Made by a program: the position numbers and the translations under genes. Below are positions 49,367 to 53,867 of a DNA stretch of 53,867 bases, piece by piece. Origin of the DNA: Atractiella rhizophila (taxonomy: Eukaryota); NCBI GenBank assembly GCA_021432655.1, contig MU271340.1:32566-86432 (forward strand), read 5' to 3'. The notes beneath the pieces are model-generated. The model searched no databases. It saw only the letters and a list, made by a program, of their open reading frames with translations, and had not been told where the DNA came from. Position 1 is the first letter of the stretch, and every line of letters starts with the position of its first letter.

Positions 49367-52300
49367 TCCTTACCTCTAAAAGCCATCCGTTCTTGGCATG
49401 AGTCATAAAACGCACTTTTGAGCGTTCATACCTCCCTCAGCAGGCACATTGAAACGAAATGAATTACACCATGTTACTGCATATGTTTGCGCCTTTCTGG
49501 AGCTGCAAGGAAATTTTATTTTGAAGTGGTGAGAAAAAGTGTTTTGTAGCGGACTCGAACCCTTTGCAACCGTGTAGTCTGCTTTCCCGGCTCCACTGGC
49601 TTCCCCACTTGGCCCACTTGGCCGCTAAACACCGTGCGCAGCTGCCCTGCAAAGCAACCGCAGCACACGGCGCCAAAACAAGGCCGCATGCTATTTCTTC
49701 AGGGCATTTTGGGATTTCTCAAGTCGGGCGCCAAAAAGTGTCATTTGCCTACCTTAAGGGGAAGAAAGTGGGCACATGTGAGCTAGAATATACTGCCTTT
49801 AGTGCTTTCTGACAGCACTTTAGAATCATCATGCCCCGCCCTAAGCAAAAAAATGGTGCAAACCGACGAGTTCATGCTTAGCAGCAACGACGAGAAGAGA
49901 GCCAGTCAGATACCCCTCAGGCTGCTCCACGACGCACAGAGAGACGTCATGCAGGACTGCCCCAGCGTTTTCAGATTATGCAACCTACCCCACCTCAGCA
50001 CTTGACACGCCAAATTCGTGAGCAACAGCAGCAGGCTCAATCTCTGAGGGTACGACGACAACGTCAGCAGCCAGACCCTCAGCCTTTAGATGGAGACATC
50101 ACTGAAGGATCCTCTGATGGAGGATTTGGGAACAATGATGTTCCTGACCCAAGGATGGTGCCACCAAGAGATGAAAGGCATGATCGGCATCCTTTCATTG
50201 CATTTAACTACTCTTCGGGAACCGTGGAAGCCGTGCGGCTTTCTGGCTGGAGCGTAGTCTTCTGCTCAGAATGCAGTGCCTTCCGTTGGCTTGAGGAGCG
50301 AATAGTCAAGAGCTCTAAGCGTAATCCGAAATTTACGAACTGCTGCTCCCATGGAAAGATTGTTCTTCCTGCTTATGAAAATCCTCCACCAGAGTTGTTT
50401 CAGCTGTTCACCAATCCAGATATGCATGAATCAAGACAGTTCCGCTCCTACAATAATGCTCTTTCCTTTACTTCTCTCGGAGTCAAGCGGCCACCTATCC
50501 CTGGGCATGGAGTTTACACTTTCCGGATTCAAGGGGAGCTTTGCCATCGCATCGGTGCTTTGCTTCCGGAATCTGATGGCGAAGAAAAGTTTGCACAGAT
50601 ATATATGCTGGATTCTGAAGAGCAGATTCGTCAAAGAATAGGGACCATTAGAGGGAACAAACTTAAGGAAGTGACATTGAGAAAGTTGCAAGACATGATG
50701 TGGCGAGTTAATCCATGGCCGGGGATCTATAAAACTGCAAGGGGCGTATGGCAGATGACCCAGCATTACAACTCCACATTCGAACTATTAATCCTACAGA
50801 TCTCGATCCCCGTCGATATAATAGGCCAACAGGTCATGGCATAGGAGAAATTGCAGTGCTTCTCATTGGAGAAGAATCAGGAGCCACTGCAGGTGTCACA
50901 AGAGATATTGTGGTCAAACTCCGACGGCCTGATGGTCAGAACTTTTATGAAAAAGTCAGTGATCAAAATGCCAACTATCTCCCACTGCGATTTCCACTTT
51001 TATTTCCATATGGCGAGCAAGGTTGGCACACGTACATTCCCCTCCGTCATGGTGATCTGCTTCAACGTGGTCCACGGGAAGAACATCGAAATAATGACGG
51101 ACAAATAGTTGGAAACATGGGAGAACGAGTCCATGTTACGCAGATGGACTATTACTCCTATCTTTTTCACCCAAAGAAGAATACTTTCTCTCTCATTCAC
51201 CATGGCGGTCGACTATTTCAAGAATTGGTTTGCGATGCTTACGCCCAAATAGAGAGTGGAAGATTGAAGTTTCTTCGGTTCAATCAAGATCTTCTCCGAA
51301 CTGAATCCTATGATGGACTTGGTGACGCCTTAGAAGATGGCCGAGATGCAGCAGATGTTGGGAAGCGGACTATTTTACCATCCACACATACTGGAAGCCC
51401 ACGTCAAATGAATCAACAATTTCAGGATGTGATGGCGATTGTTGGAAACAGAGATTCTCCTGCTATCTTTACAACATTCACCTGCAATCCTCGATGGCCC
51501 GAAATCACAGAAGCCCTGCTTCCTGGACAAACAGCTGCAGATAGGCCAGACTTGGTCTCTAGGGTTTTCAACGTGAAGGCGAAGGCCTATATGCAGGACA
51601 TCAAAGATAACTCAATCTTTGGACGGACAGTTGGCTTTGTCTGGGTGATCGAATTTCAGAAACGTGGTCTGCCTCATGCTCACATCCTCATCATTCTCAA
51701 TGCCGAAGACACCATCCGGGATGTTGAGGCTATCGACCGCATAGTATCTGCTGAATTGCCTGACAAGGACACCGATCCTGAGTTATTTGACATTGTCTGC
51801 AATCACATGCCCCATGGACCCTGCGGAGATATCAACCCAGATGCTCCATGCATGATAGATGATCCTAAGAACCCTGGGAGAAAAATCTGTGGCAAAGGGT
51901 TTCCAAAGCCCTTTGCAGAAGAAACAGGCATCAACGAAGATGGTTATCCCACCTATCGGCGACGTAACAATGGACGCACATTTCAGAAGACACCGAACGG
52001 ATTTATTTACGACAATCGCTGGGTCGTACCATTCAGTGCTTATGTCCTTCTGAGGTTTGTAGCTCACATCAATGTGGAGCTTTGCATCTCCATTAAATCA
52101 GTCAAATACCTCTTCAAATATGTCTACAAAGGAAATGATCGGGCACAAGCTGTACTTCATCATGCAAGAGGTGAAGGTGTGAGGGTTCTGGATGAGATTC
52201 AAGAGTACTTGGATGCCAGATTTATCGGATCTTCTGAAGGTAATGCTTAACATGATGTTATGGGTAAGCTGATATATCTTTCTAGCCTGTTACCGGATCT

Positions 52301-53867
52301 TCCACTTCCCACTACACCAGCACTTCCCTGTGGTTATCCCCCTGGCAATACACCTTCCTGATAGGCATTTTGTGACCTTTAATCCCCAGGATGAGTCACT
52401 GGGAGACATTCTCAACAGGAATAATGTCACCAAAACGACGTTGACTGAGTTCTTCACCTACTGTAGGGAAAACCCCAACATTACTGAAGACCTTACCTAT
52501 CCAAGGGCGCCCCAATTCCTTACTTGGAAGTCAGCCACACGCTCTTGGAAAATTCGGGAGCGCCAAGAAGCCATTGGACGCATATATCACGTTGCACCTT
52601 CACAAGGGGAACTATTCTATCTCCGAATGCTCCTCCATAAAGTTGTCAGCCCAAAATCTTTTGAAGATATCTGGACAGTAGATGGAACCATCCATGAGAC
52701 TTTTAAGGCTGCATGTATAGCTCTTGGGTTGTTAGAAAGTGATCAAGAATGGGATTTCTGCCTTGATGAAGCCAGTGCAGTTAAGAATGGCTTTGCGATG
52801 TGGTCTCTCTTCGTCTATATTCTATTATTTGGTGTTGCCAGTGAACCTAGAAGACTATGGGATGGCCATAATGGGCAGCTCAGCGATGATTGTAAACACC
52901 TTCTACAAACAAAGTATGGCACAGCCGATCCGACACAGGAGCAGATTATCAGTCTTTGTCTCCTTGAAATCGAAGATCTTCTCCAGGCGTACGGTAAAAC
53001 TCTAACGGATTTTGGACTACCACAGCCAGCAGAGTGGTTTGAGAGATGGGGAGGGGAGACAAGGATTATTGGTGAAGAGCTTGCATATGATCGATCATTA
53101 CTTCAGACACGCCTTGAGACAGAGTTGCCATTATTAAATGAAGATCAACGTCATGCTTATGACACGATTGTAGCAGAATGGCAAGGTGGAAATGGTGGAT
53201 TGTTCTTTATCGATGGACCAGGAGGGGCCGGAAAGACATTTGTGGAAAATTTACTCCTTGCCAAGGTTCGGTCATCTAGGAAGATTGCACTAGCAGTGGC
53301 CTCTTCAGGTATTGCCGCTATCCTGCTGGAAGGAGGACGAACGGCCCATACACGCTTCCGGATCCCACTGGACATTGATGCCGACTCAGTCTGTAGTATT
53401 ACTGCTCAGAGTGATCATGGACGACTTTGCCGTGAGGCAGAATTGATAATTTGGGATGAAGTAGGAATGAGCCATCGATGGTGCTTTGAAGCAGTTGATC
53501 GGATGCTGAGATATATACGTAAGGTGGATGTGCCTTTCGGTGGAGTTATTTTGGTTCTTGGTGGTAAGTGCATCAAGTGTCAAAGAGTTCAGCTCTAATA
53601 ATTTTCAGGTGATATGCGACAATGCCTATCAGTGATTCCCAAAGCTTCACGGGCACAGATTGTCAGTGCATGCGTTATCAACAGTCCTTTCTGGCCAGCA
53701 GTTCAAGTCCTCCCTCTGACCGTGAATATGCGCCTTCTTCGTCATCAAGCTGAAATGACACGGCGGGACTTTACGACTGCCTCTCGCTTTGCTGAATGGT
53801 TGCTGTCAGTTGGGAATGGTGCAACCGACAACCCAGAAGACTGTGGCCATGGTCCATTGACTATGAA
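49367..53867 (+). mobile_element. Helitron family B copy B2 (runs off the right edge)
   Basis: 5' end A|TCCTTACCTCTAAAAG, homologous to the B1 5' region. Continuous RepHel homology to the window end. Confidence 0.92.
49831..53867 (+). pseudogene. Nearly intact RepHel gene, family B (early TAG, frameshift ~50745; introns ~52240-52285 and ~53564-53608)
   Basis: ORFs 49978-50844, 50748-52250 and 52330-53598 carry the Zn finger, all three HUH motifs (FTTFTCNP, EFQKRGLPHAHIL, KYLFKYVYKG) and PIF1 motifs (DGPGGAGKT, IIWDE). Confidence 0.93.

Overview
Eukaryotic, intron-bearing sequence, most likely a basidiomycete fungus (inferred from DUF6533-like, Plavaka-like and fungal NLR-like sequences and short GT-AG introns). 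The window is a dense, nested transposon graveyard dominated by Helitrons of two divergent families. Family A has copies at 1652-3759, 18089-23876 and 27634-29985 (minus). Family B has copies at 8706-18088, 36501-37212 and 49367 to the window end. The families share an almost identical ~110-bp multi-hairpin 3' terminus ending CTTG/CTCG, and one B copy is fused head-to-tail to an A copy. Nested in the Helitrons are a 345-bp TRIM-like LTR mini-element with identical 80-bp LTRs and two TA-duplicating Tc1/mariner-IS630-like DNA transposons with a very long DD-E spacer. Also present: a ~21-bp-periodic palindromic satellite, En/Spm-like and Plavaka-like relics, a 5'-truncated LINE, a full-length degenerate Copia element, other LTRs, and mostly broken host genes (NLR-like NTPase, MFS transporter, alpha/beta-hydrolase, AP-1 mu subunit, Ure2-like GST, DUF6533 membrane proteins). 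All family assignments are by eye from motifs; no database search was run.
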